From assembly GCA_937625935.1 (NCBI GenBank), contig OW569365.1, positions 310,001-374,000 on the forward strand: a DNA stretch of 64,000 nt. The letters run 5' to 3'. Position numbers and translations under genes: made by a program. The stretch's first letter is position 1, and every line of letters starts with the position of its first letter. Origin of the DNA: Tetramitus jugosus (lineage: Eukaryota > Protista > Heterolobosea). Positions 44,457 through 54,753 of this stretch are shown piece after piece. Under the pieces are notes generated by a model. The model saw only the letters and a list, made by a program, of their open reading frames with translations. It searched no databases and had not been told where the DNA came from.

Positions 44457-44569
44457 TGTTTTGCTCTTTCCTTTCTTCTTGATGTTCATAGCGAACAGGC
44501 AGGGAAAATCACATGAAATTTCTCGGTTGTTCTGAATTTTCTTTCTTTGTTACCCACCAAACTTTCTTC

Positions 44570-46129
44570 ATGACTCATCTCGTCACGTTCCTCCTCGTCA
44601 TTATTATCTCTCTGTTGAGTTACACTTGCCTTGCTGCTGTGTCTGTCTTGCCATGCAGTAGTGAATTTGCCAGTCCCTGTTCCTACGCCAATGCCCAATA
44701 CCTGCACGACAATACCATCCAACTGCTGTCGAATGTTGTCACAGAAGAAGAACAAGAATTGGCATTTGCTCGAATTTGCAACGACAGGTGGTCCAAGTAT
44801 CGTCTAGACGGAAATTTTTATTCGTTTGTGGTGAATGCGTCTGATGCATGGAGTCTGGCACATCCCGAAGAGAGCAAGGTCAACGTGTACATGTACCCTG
44901 ATATTTTTGATGCCGTGAAGGATGCACCATTGGCTCCACAGTACCAATGGGTGACATATAACATTGGTGGTCCAAAAGTGGCTCGTGTCTCTTCTGTGAT
45001 CAGTCCAGTCGACGGTACTCGATTGGTGATTGGCAGTGGATACAACACTGCAAATATGAGTGTGCTGCATGGATGTTTGGAAGCAGAGTCCAGCACAGTT
45101 TGTAGTTACTACAACTCTGCATCGTTACTCGGACGTACACTGCACGGGTTGACCATTTGCAAGAGTGTGAGTGAACTGCAATCAGAAGTGAACCGCATCA
45201 ATGAAGAACAGTTCCAATCCAGTACCAGCTACTATTCTTTTGTGACAGAATATGTCACAGGAAGAAGAGTTGTTCACAAGAGCCCTGGATATGTCAACAC
45301 AACAACTGATGCATCCATCATGAGCAAGCTGAGACTTGCAGTAGACACAGACAATGGATTGAACTGGGCTGTGTACTCCCAGAACGGTAAACCAAAGATT
45401 TCTCAAGTCATCAAAGTGAGATTGTTCGGTGTAGATTACGTTGTTGGATCAGGTTTCTCCCTAGGCAATATTGTTCCAACGGATTTGCCATGCAACAGTC
45501 AATACTACTCTGATTGTGCAATGCAAAATGCCCGCTTGTTGGTAGGCAATGTATTTGGCCAGATTGCTGGAATTACGGCTGATGGAAACAGTAATGACCT
45601 CACAAACTTCTTCGCTTCCATCAACAACAACCAAAATGGCGAATTCGAGCTCGACGGTGGTCTCTTAGTCAGTGTGGCTGAAGTTCAAACTGGACGCATT
45701 GTTGCACACCCTGACCCAACCAAGCTCAACACGGTGTATGAACCAAATATCAGACTAGAGAAGACTATTGCTTCGAGCACCCCATACAGTCTCGGACTCA
45801 TCAGCTCGAACCAAAAACAGTTTACTGAAATGTCTATCCTGGCTCGAGTCTCCGCCTTCAATACATCCTACTGGATTGAGACGACTTTTGGAACTGAACC
45901 AACACCACACAATGACACATCCAGCAATAACTCGACAAACTCAGACCCAGAAGACATTAGTAATTTGGTCTCAAGAAGCACGACGGCAAAGGTTGGTATT
46001 GGTGCATTTGTTGCTGGATTGATTATTGGACTGGCAGGTGGTCTTTCTACTGCTCTCCTGTTTGGATGGTTGTATTGGGGAAAGAAACCACTGTCTCAAG
46101 CACCAAAAGGACCACAATCCGACCTCTAA
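44570..46129 (+). CDS. Type I surface protein with three tandem Cache-like repeats and a very short cytoplasmic tail
   Basis: Signal peptide, then three repeats each opening with C-x7/8-C and containing YSFV..AHP, YSFV..VHK or VSVAE..AHP. Repeats 1 and 2 end in VIGSGY and VVGSGF. TM at about 45990-46078. Confidence 0.7.
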   Translation: MTHLVTFLLVIIISLLSYTCLAAVSVLPCSSEFASPCSYANAQYLHDNTIQLLSNVVTEEEQELAFARICNDRWSKYRLDGNFYSFVVNASDAWSLAHPEESKVNVYMYPDIFDAVKDAPLAPQYQWVTYNIGGPKVARVSSVISPVDGTRLVIGSGYNTANMSVLHGCLEAESSTVCSYYNSASLLGRTLHGLTICKSVSELQSEVNRINEEQFQSSTSYYSFVTEYVTGRRVVHKSPGYVNTTTDASIMSKLRLAVDTDNGLNWAVYSQNGKPKISQVIKVRLFGVDYVVGSGFSLGNIVPTDLPCNSQYYSDCAMQNARLLVGNVFGQIAGITADGNSNDLTNFFASINNNQNGEFELDGGLLVSVAEVQTGRIVAHPDPTKLNTVYEPNIRLEKTIASSTPYSLGLISSNQKQFTEMSILARVSAFNTSYWIETTFGTEPTPHNDTSSNNSTNSDPEDISNLVSRSTTAKVGIGAFVAGLIIGLAGGLSTALLFGWLYWGKKPLSQAPKGPQSDL

Positions 46130-46346
46130 TCGTCCTTGTATGGACACCACTCAATTGAACAAGATAAACAACATTACTAGTTTATATGAAACAATCATAA
46201 GCTTCGAAAGAGGTGCAATGATACAATGGTTGAGTTTTCAACCGGGTTTTATTCTTTTTTTGTTTTGGGGGTTGTGTTTTTCTGCGCAAAAGATGGATCG
46301 AAAAATAATTATTATTTCAAATGGTTGTTCCATACATTTTGCGACT

Positions 46347-46913
46347 CTACTTTCTCCATGCATTTCCAGCAGTAGCACTCACATGATGTGCTCTCACAGT
46401 CTTTCCACTGGATGACGAATGATTACTAGTGGTGGATTGTGTGTTACTTGATGATGATGATGTTGTTGTTGTTGTCGATGAGGATGATGAAGAGACGGCA
46501 GCGGACATGACATGATTAGGATTGTAAATTTCATATTGCTTTGAAGCAGTGATTGCATTGTATGATTGATTCAAGAAGGATAGGGCAGAGGATGAGTCAA
46601 AGTGCAAGGATGATGATTTAGGAGTGGATGCCTTTTGTAACAAAAATTCCTTTTCCAAGTCGTTTGCGTTGAACATGTCCAATGAGTTGAGATTGACGGA
46701 ATGAGGTGACTGCTCTAGCTTAAAGTTGCCAGCGGTTACATATTGTTGGGAAGAGGAGGAGGAAGGTGTGCTAGTAGATTTGGATTTTGTTGTGGATGTT
46801 GCTGTTGAGTATTGGTGTGATGATCCCTTCATGCCTTTCTTCTCTCTTCTTTCCCTCAAAAGCTTTTCTTTTTTGATTGCGTTGATTTTTTGGCGCGGTT
46901 TTGCAAATGACAT
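46347..46913 (-). CDS. Hypothetical basic, Ser/Thr-rich protein
   Basis: ATG-initiated 188-aa ORF with a K/R-rich N-terminus and low-complexity Ser runs. Confidence 0.5.
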   Translation of the reverse strand: MSFAKPRQKINAIKKEKLLRERREKKGMKGSSHQYSTATSTTKSKSTSTPSSSSSQQYVTAGNFKLEQSPHSVNLNSLDMFNANDLEKEFLLQKASTPKSSSLHFDSSSALSFLNQSYNAITASKQYEIYNPNHVMSAAVSSSSSSTTTTTSSSSSNTQSTTSNHSSSSGKTVRAHHVSATAGNAWRK

Positions 46914-47033
46914 TTTTGTAATGCATGACGTCCCAAATTAGACTCCTTGTATTCATCCACGAAGCAAGAAACATGGATTCAGTTCAATTACAACTACATT
47001 CGATGGTGTTTGATAAATATATAATGAAGAATA

Positions 47034-47723
47034 ATGCAACAACGATCAAATAACAATAACAATCACAACCATCAAAATGAGTATCAAAACTATGAACAGA
47101 TTCCCATGGACTTAAGAGCAGAGATGATTCATCTCCCCACTGTTACCACCGAAGCTCCTGCTCTTGGTCCCAATCATGACACTCCAAGTAATAACAGTCA
47201 TGGAACAAACAATGTTGATCTTCAAGAAGTGAAGAACCAACGGGAGTTTATAGAGAATGTAGTAAGTGAGCGGTTGAGTTTCATATCGGAGAAGGAAGGA
47301 AGGAGAAATGTGAAGGAAGATCGGACCATCACTTTCTATTCACACGCCAAGTACTTTATCCCTCGGTGGAGAAAAGTTCCAGTGACAGGAGACATGGTTC
47401 GTGATCTTCAAGCCATAGAGAGCACGTTTCTCTCGTGGGTGCGTACAGGAGTGGCTCTCATTGCACTAGGTGTTGCTGTTGTGCGTATCGTTAGGAGTGA
47501 AAACGCTTCAACAAACAGGACATTTGCAAAGGCAGTGGGAACTGCCTTCATCATTGGTGGTTTACTCATATTCTTTTACAGTTGGATACGTCACTTGAAT
47601 TCGATGGGCAGAATGGTGGAGGGAGAAGGAAAATACTTTGTTATGGATGGTGTGACGCCTCTATTGTTTGTCATCTTTGGAATCATCGTGAGCGTATTGT
47701 CCTTGCTTCTCATCTTCCTCTAG
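47034..47723 (+). CDS. DUF202 (YidH/Vtc1-like) three-TM membrane protein
   Basis: AIESTFLSWVRTGVALIALG signature and three TM helices. Confidence 0.85.
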   Translation: MQQRSNNNNNHNHQNEYQNYEQIPMDLRAEMIHLPTVTTEAPALGPNHDTPSNNSHGTNNVDLQEVKNQREFIENVVSERLSFISEKEGRRNVKEDRTITFYSHAKYFIPRWRKVPVTGDMVRDLQAIESTFLSWVRTGVALIALGVAVVRIVRSENASTNRTFAKAVGTAFIIGGLLIFFYSWIRHLNSMGRMVEGEGKYFVMDGVTPLLFVIFGIIVSVLSLLLIFL

Positions 47724-47833
47724 AGTAAGTGGCCCTGACCGTTTTGTTTCATAAACCCAAATTTTTGTTCAAGCCAAAACTTGACCTTTGATTTGGCCAC
47801 GCAACAACCAAACACACAATCTCAAAAAAACAA

Positions 47834-48862
47834 ATGCTGTTGATGGACGAATCAAAAGAGTACCCCTTTTCTCGGAATCACCACTCAGCTCACCAACAAC
47901 ACCAATATCCCTCTCGTACCCAATGCAACATCATGAATCATCATGATTCTCATCCTCAACCATCGCACCACAAGCAACAGTTGCTCTCAATCAATCAATG
48001 CTCATCATCATCTTCACCGTCACCCTCTCTATTAAGTCAAGCAACGAGTCAAATCATATCAAACAATCAATCAAGAGCACTACAGCGCATACGACATTTG
48101 GTCAATCATTTACAACCATCACCAAATAATCATCATTCTCATAGGAACAATATCGACAATAATAATCACTTTAGTGTCGCGAGTATATCACAATCGAGTA
48201 GTGGCAATGCTGCAGCAGAGGACGAATTGGATATTTTAGTTCGAAGAGCAGAGGATTTGCGAATACAAGAGGAATTATCTGCAGCGGGTCAAGTCAAGAG
48301 ACAAAGCGGTCAAGTGTATGAACGTGTAAAATATATGCCTTATTTAATTGTACCGACGTTCGTTGAAGAGTCTACGAGAGCGGGAGAACAGAGCAGAGCG
48401 CGGCGGAGGAAGCGCGTAAAAATTTTGTACGATGTGCACAGTGCACGTGCGCAGACACCGGCTTTTCTGGATGTATCCCAAGATGATCCTAAAACCCCAT
48501 TAGCCTTTCGTTATATTCGTATCATTCTGTTGACTGCTGAAGCTAGACGTGCCCAGGATATTCATCTGGATCAACACTCGGCTAGTTCGATGAGTGTGGT
48601 GTTTACGACGCAGTTGGGTGTCACTGGGCGTATCATGGTACGAGGTGCAGTAGTACAATCTATTATTTATTATATCGCCTTCTATGATCTGTTAACAGCA
48701 GGTAAGAGTATGCCTGGACCAGTGCGAGACTATGCGCTGCAGATCAAGGTCAAAACACATGCTTTCCTCCAGGGAACGCACAACGTTTACCGTGTGAATT
48801 GTATCAGAACGAACCATGAACTAGGGTATTATCATATTGTCATGCGTGTACTCCAGAACTAA
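47834..48862 (+). CDS. Stand-alone GspE/PilB N2-domain protein (candidate eukaryotic GspEN2 of the mitochondrial T2SS-derived system)
   Basis: The C-terminal region, about 125 aa (PLAFRYIRIILLTAEARRAQDIHLD...YRVNCIRTNHELGYYHIVMRVLQN-stop), parallels the GspE N2 pattern P-I/V-I-x-L-I/V-N..EA...ASDIH..RVS..P...GE.VVMRLL. There is no Walker A motif. Confidence 0.62.
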   Translation: MLLMDESKEYPFSRNHHSAHQQHQYPSRTQCNIMNHHDSHPQPSHHKQQLLSINQCSSSSSPSPSLLSQATSQIISNNQSRALQRIRHLVNHLQPSPNNHHSHRNNIDNNNHFSVASISQSSSGNAAAEDELDILVRRAEDLRIQEELSAAGQVKRQSGQVYERVKYMPYLIVPTFVEESTRAGEQSRARRRKRVKILYDVHSARAQTPAFLDVSQDDPKTPLAFRYIRIILLTAEARRAQDIHLDQHSASSMSVVFTTQLGVTGRIMVRGAVVQSIIYYIAFYDLLTAGKSMPGPVRDYALQIKVKTHAFLQGTHNVYRVNCIRTNHELGYYHIVMRVLQN

Positions 48863-49054
48863 GCCAATGGAATTCATTCAAACTTGCAGATTTTCATAGT
48901 TGACTTCTGTTGTATTCATCTTAGGTGCATTTGGCAATTCTTTTGCCCAAAAATAAAACTGCGGGGTAATCGCTTTTTGTAAGTTACATTTTCACTTTTT
49001 CCGCCACACGCAAAACGACAAGAAATCAGTCAAACAAACATCTAGAATAATACC

Positions 49055-49420
49055 ATGTCCATGCTAGTTAATGCATTCAAGAGAAGCGCTGTCGCTACCA
49101 AGTCCCTATTGAAGAAGAGCGGTGATCATCATCACGAATTGACCATCTTCACCGAAGGTCCACCAAAGAAGGGACAAATCCTCAGATGGATGGGTTTCTT
49201 GACTCTCGGACCAACCATGATGGCTGCTACCCTATACGGTGTTTATGTTGGACCAAGAATTAAGTATGTGTTAATCTTCACTCTGAGCAGAGCTTTTACC
49301 TTTGTTCATCATCAAAACTTTTGCTGTTGGAGACCTTTTTTGTCTTGAAAAGAGAACCATTTTTTATTAACATTTTTTGTGTAATTGTTTTACAGGGCAA
49401 AGTGGGCTGAATCCGCCTAA
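49055..49420 (+). CDS. Small single-TM mitochondrial protein (77 aa), possibly a COX7c-like respiratory subunit; exons 49055-49263 and 49396-49420
   Basis: Presequence-like N-terminus, GDHHH..EGP and one TM helix. Intron 49264-49395 (GTATGT..CAG). Confidence 0.55.
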
Positions 49421-49663
49421 ATGTAAAGTTTTTCAAGTAAATAACAATGGGAAGGAGTTGTGTCGTTCACTAAGAGATAAAAACCAATTCATATTCATTG
49501 TGATCTTTGAGCAAAATTTGAATGTCTTCTTTTTTGTGCCTCATTTGTGCTAGTTTCTCTGTGAAAGCATAAGTTGTGCTGTTCTGTTTCTATTTCCCGC
49601 CCTTCTTTCGAAACGAACTTTCACAACCACACAACAAAAGTAATCACAACTGTTTGGGGCCAC

Positions 49664-52452
49664 ATGCACACACTAAGTCGTTATATTGGTCTGCAAAATC
49701 AACAAAAAACAGCCAATGTCGATCCATTGATCCTAGTGACTGGACGTAGCATTGCCGCAGACAATGAAATTGCAGAGCAATTGAATCGATTTTTGAGTCA
49801 ATTGAACGAAACGCACATTGAAAGCACGCAACAACAATCATTGATTCAATCGTCCTTTGAACAAATTTTTCATCATCAACAGTCCCAGGAGCAGAAGAAG
49901 CATGCCGATTTTGTAACTCGCGTCTTTTATCCAAAGCTAAAGCAGCAGTTTTTGACGAGGCGAGTGACGCTTTTTTGGACCGAATTGGATCAAATTCAAA
50001 GAATCGTGATGATGGCGAATAATAACGATAATGTAGTCGATGAGAAAATGGAGAGTGAAGTTGACAGCTTTGATTCATTGACTGCATTCTTTAATGGATT
50101 GAATGCATGCTTGAATCGCATTCATTCTTCCATGTCCATTTATCTGTGTATTGTCGATTGTATTCAAAAGAATTTTGTGGTGCATTCGAATGCATTGAAG
50201 TTTGATGCCAAGAATGATTTCATGTCATTTGCGTTCAGCATGTTATTTTCACCCTATAGATTCCAGTTCAACACTTGTACGAGTAGCAGTGACGGATGTG
50301 TGGAAACATTGGAGAGAAATTCGTTGACAAGGTGCATGGGTTATCTGTTGAATGTCGCATTTGATTCCTTTTGTTATCAATTGAGAAAAACTGAACTAGA
50401 AGAACATGGAGAAGAGATTGACGATGAGGAAGAGCCTCCTCCCAGACACTACAAACAAGTTTTGGAATATTTTAGGTTAAATTGTATAAAATTAAGGGAT
50501 ATGGGCATGTCTAGTTCCATATCGGTAGGTGTTGATTCATGCCTCTCTGCATGTCTTCGATTCATTCAGGACACAGTGCAGAAGAAGATTGAAGAGAGTT
50601 TTGCCGAGCAATTCGAAGAGGAATCTCTGTCGGTGATCCTCAGTTGGTTAGAAGTTGTCATTCTACCCTTCCTTCAAATATTTTTGAATGAACCATCGGT
50701 GGATTCACCTCTACTGGAGAAGATGAAGCTTCAAGTTGAGTTATTTATTTACACTTCGCTTACACGCATAAGGATTCATGAGTTGTTTGATATCATCAAG
50801 CATTATCCTGATAGCAAGCCTGCTCTCATTGATCTGAAACATTGCTTGATACGAACGGGTTTGCATAGTGAGATGGTTACCTGTCTGAAGAGATCGTATG
50901 TTACTATTTCTTTCGTTCCTTCTTCTTAATGGAGTGACGTGACTTACACCCATTTACAGCATATCCAAGCGACTTATTATACCTGGAGCAAAAACAATTC
51001 AAATCATATCTCAATTTATTAACATTATTAAGGCTGTGAGTATCATTGATCCAACGGGTGTCACACTAAAGTATGTGTCTGAGGAAGTGAAGAACTACCT
51101 CACGGAGAAGCGGCCAGATACTGTGAAATGTCTGATATCCGAGCTCATTGATCAAGAGTCGAACAGCGATCTCTATCAAGAACTTTTGGATTCTGATCCA
51201 CAAGATAATTTGAATTATGATTCTGATGATGCAGATGAGTGGAATCCCTCTCCTATTTATGCTGATCCATCTTGTATGTACCTATTGTACTTGTACTAAT
51301 CTCCCAATCGTTTCACTTTGCTAACACGCGTACTTGAGTAGCCACACAACAAGGAAGAAAACCCTATCCAGACATTATTAAGTTGTTTGTTGAGATGTTC
51401 AAAGGAAACAAGGAATTGTTTTTAACAGAGTACAGAGCAATTTTATCTGATCGCTTGCTTGCAAAGGGCTCATATGAGACAAATGATGAAGCACGTACTC
51501 TTGAAATGCTGAAAATCCGGTTTGGAGAGAAAGCATTACAACTGTGCGAAGTCATGGTGAAAGATGTTTCTGATTCCAAATTTATTAACAATAATATTCA
51601 TAAGAAGTATGACGCAGCATTCGAAAAGACTGCGATACTAGGTATGTTGTTATTTTGTAATACTTCATTTCCGTGATGCATGTTTGTTGACACCTTGTTT
51701 TAGATGATCACCCAAGTGTTGCCGTTGATGTTTCCCGAGACTGTATCGATACCTTTATTATTTCTCGTCCCTTCTGGCCAACTGATTTGAGTGATGGTGC
51801 CAATACATCGACAGAAGAGGACGGTGAGCCTAAACTGCATCCTATTATTGTGCATTTGCTTGAGCAGTATGAAAAGCAGTTTAAGATGTTGAAAGCTCCT
51901 CGGCGGCTGATATGGCTCAGCGAGCTTGGAAAAGTCTCCTTCACGATCGAAATTGGAGAACAGGAAGTCGATATTGAAGCGAATCCTATTGCTTCCTCTG
52001 TACTATTGTATTTTTGTGATCAAGATGCTTGGTCCATTGCTGATCTAGCTAAAGTGATGGACTTGGATTCCGAGCACATTGAGAAGAAGATTATTTATTG
52101 GGTCATGAGAGGATTCCTGCAACGAGATACAACCAATCGCTCTCTGTTTAGAATTGTGGAGGAGTTGAACGGTGAGTTGTTGAACAACGAACCAGCTATG
52201 GATCAACTGGAGGAGGTTGTCGAGGAAACCAGTCGACCAAATGGTTACGATTCCTTTGCTCCAATTATCATGAACATGCTCCGGAATATGGAGGTCATGC
52301 CCATCGACAAGATTCACAACATGCTCCGCTTGTTTGCCCAGAATCCAAAGTACGACAAGACGATGCAGGAGCTAGGATTCATACTCAACGAGCTCGTACA
52401 AGAAGGATTAGTCGATTTTGACTCTGGTCTCTATCGAATCATCAAAAAGTAA
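49664..52452 (+). CDS. ANAPC2: Anaphase-promoting complex subunit 2 (cullin homology); exons 49664-50895, 50960-51273, 51342-51641, 51704-52452
   Basis: RIHELFDIIKHYPDSKPALIDLK, KRLIIPGA, WNPSPIYADP, EYRAILSDRLL, LKIRFGE..CEVMVKD and ISRPFWP. Three GTATGT introns restore the frame. Confidence 0.93.
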
Positions 52453-52608
52453 AGTTTCCTTGTCGTTCCGACGAACACCCACTACAGTTTCCGATCCACT
52501 CTTGACGTGTGACGACGATGCTCTTGGGAACTCCAATTTTTCTGGCGCTTCATATTTTTCGCGACAAAACAAAATAACCAAAACAACAAACAAACAAACA
52601 AACAAACA

Positions 52609-53298
52609 ATGACAACAAGCAAACAACAACAACAACAAAAATCAACACCCATCCAAAGAGAAGAACGAAGAGTTGCCATTGTAGGTGGTGGAGCCGTAGG
52701 AAAATCCTCCATCACAGTAGCCTTTGTCAAGCATGAATTTGTTGAAGAGTACGATCCAACGATTGAAGACTCGTACACCAACCAAATCAGAGTTGATGAT
52801 CGAGTGTGTCTCACTCATATTATTGATACGGCAGGTCAAGATGAGTACAAGAGCTTACGATCACAGTACATGAAGGATGCAGAGGGATTTATTCTGGTGT
52901 TTGATGTGACGAGCAGAGATTCCTTGAACAATTTGGTCGAGTTCATTGGTGACATTGGTCGATATCGAGAGTCGGACAAATTCCCTTGTGTTTTGGTAGG
53001 AAATAAGAGTGATTTGAAGGCAGAGTATTGTTTTAGTCAGAATTTGAGAGAGGAGGTGAATGAGTTTAAGCAAAGGTATTTGCATGATTGTCCCTATGTG
53101 GAAACATCGGCACTGCAACGGTTGAACATTGATTTGCTATTTCAGACAATTGTTCGTTTGATTCGCAAGGAAGTGGAGGGATCATCGAAAAATAACTTTG
53201 GAGCAACGAAACCTGCAAGAAAGTCAAGCTTGTTTGGAAGTTTGAGTCACGCTCAGGATGAGAAGGCTGATTTGGACAAGATTCAAGACTTCTTGTAA
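52609..53298 (+). CDS. Ras-subfamily small GTPase lacking a CAAX box
   Basis: GGGAVGKS, YDPTIEDSY, DTAGQDEY, NKSD and ETSAL. The protein ends KIQDFL. Confidence 0.92.
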   Translation: MTTSKQQQQQKSTPIQREERRVAIVGGGAVGKSSITVAFVKHEFVEEYDPTIEDSYTNQIRVDDRVCLTHIIDTAGQDEYKSLRSQYMKDAEGFILVFDVTSRDSLNNLVEFIGDIGRYRESDKFPCVLVGNKSDLKAEYCFSQNLREEVNEFKQRYLHDCPYVETSALQRLNIDLLFQTIVRLIRKEVEGSSKNNFGATKPARKSSLFGSLSHAQDEKADLDKIQDFL

Positions 53299-53377
53299 TC
53301 AATGACCGCAAGTGTTGTTGAGTGTAAAGTAAAAGAAACATATTTATATTTGATTGAAGTGGATAATTGTTCCCTCT

Positions 53378-54592
53378 CTATGACAATGATACAAGAATGA
53401 CAGAAATGTTGTCTTGGCTTTTCTTCTCAACGCATGCACATTCACATAGCTCTTGTGCGATAGTTTCAAGCGGTATGTTGCTTGCAAGTCTCTCCCGAAC
53501 AAAGCTGGCTGCTTCAGAGTTTGAGAACTCATCCCACAGACCATCACATGCCATCAAAATGATGGTTGGTTCGCTCGTCACATGACATGGAGCAGCTGTT
53601 CGCAAAATTTCTGGTAGTGCAGTGACCATCTGAGATCTTTGATCCTTGCCCTCAACAGATTTGAAGAAGTAGTCACCAAAGGCGCGAGACACTGCTAACT
53701 CTCCCATGACTCTGCCATAAGATACTTTGCCACCGGCATCTTGAATTCTGGTTCTTTCTGTGTCATTCTCTGGTTTGTGATCATTGGATAGTGCTTCAAG
53801 CCTTGAGTCATTAAACAGAATGCTTCTGCAGTCACCGGTGTTGGAGCAAGTAATTTCCCATTTACCTTCGATATTAGAAATGGTGACAGTGTTTGCAGTA
53901 GATCCCACAGTATTCGCAATTGTGTACGTTGAGATTGTTCTTCTCTGATCCAAATCAAATGACGCATCCAATTCCATAAACATGTTTTCAATGACCTCAT
54001 CTTTCGTCTGATCGTGAATTCGAACTGCATCGGACCAATGTTTGGCCATAAACTCTGCACATTGTGATCCACCATGTCCATCGAACACTGCAAAGTGACA
54101 GGAACTTTTTGCTTCGTCGATCGCCACGGACACTGCATCTTCCATACTCTTTCTCAGTCCCCTAATTCCATACGTGGCATAACTCAACATGGCACCACTA
54201 TCTGTGTCTGCTGCAGAGCTCAATTGTACTTGTCCCTTATCCGTAAAGCAAGGTTCAACTGCATCCTGGAACTTACTAGTCTCACTGAGCTCCTCTCTTA
54301 TGATCTCCACAGTTTGAATATCATCTTCAAACTCTGAATACAGCCATCCCTTGACATCAACACCAACATTTTCATGTCTCTTTGATGGCAACACTGGTAT
54401 CGTCACAGAGGCAACAATCTTACGTAACCCATAGGCAATGGGCTCCGTTTTCATATCACTCCAAATCCATCTCCACTCTGCTGTCTGGGAAACAAGCTTC
54501 TCCTGCAGTTCATTAAGATCGGTGTCTGAGTCCCATGGACGAATTTCAACGGTCACTTTTCTGGATTGAAACTTTCCTGCTTGTGCTTGCAT
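53378..54592 (-). CDS. Fusion of an eEF1B guanine-nucleotide-exchange domain and a PP2C (PPM) phosphatase
   Basis: N-terminal VEIRPWDSDTDL..W..EPIAYGLRKI..EDDIQTVEI, then RKSMEDA, FAVFDGHGG, NTGDCR, DHKP, LAVSRAFGD, ACDGLWD and DNISV, all in one open frame. Confidence 0.88.
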   Translation of the reverse strand: MQAQAGKFQSRKVTVEIRPWDSDTDLNELQEKLVSQTAEWRWIWSDMKTEPIAYGLRKIVASVTIPVLPSKRHENVGVDVKGWLYSEFEDDIQTVEIIREELSETSKFQDAVEPCFTDKGQVQLSSAADTDSGAMLSYATYGIRGLRKSMEDAVSVAIDEAKSSCHFAVFDGHGGSQCAEFMAKHWSDAVRIHDQTKDEVIENMFMELDASFDLDQRRTISTYTIANTVGSTANTVTISNIEGKWEITCSNTGDCRSILFNDSRLEALSNDHKPENDTERTRIQDAGGKVSYGRVMGELAVSRAFGDYFFKSVEGKDQRSQMVTALPEILRTAAPCHVTSEPTIILMACDGLWDEFSNSEAASFVRERLASNIPLETIAQELCECACVEKKSQDNISVILVSLS

Positions 54593-54753
54593 CTCTCTCT
54601 CTTGTAAGCTATGGTACTCTCTGTTTTTGTTGTGTTGTTGGCTTTGCGGAGAAAACAGCCCAATAATATTCCATTGGATGATGATTGAGATGTCATCACG
54701 ATTCGTGAGATGTTGCTTGGATGGATGTCACTGCCCTGAAGCAGAATTCTTAT

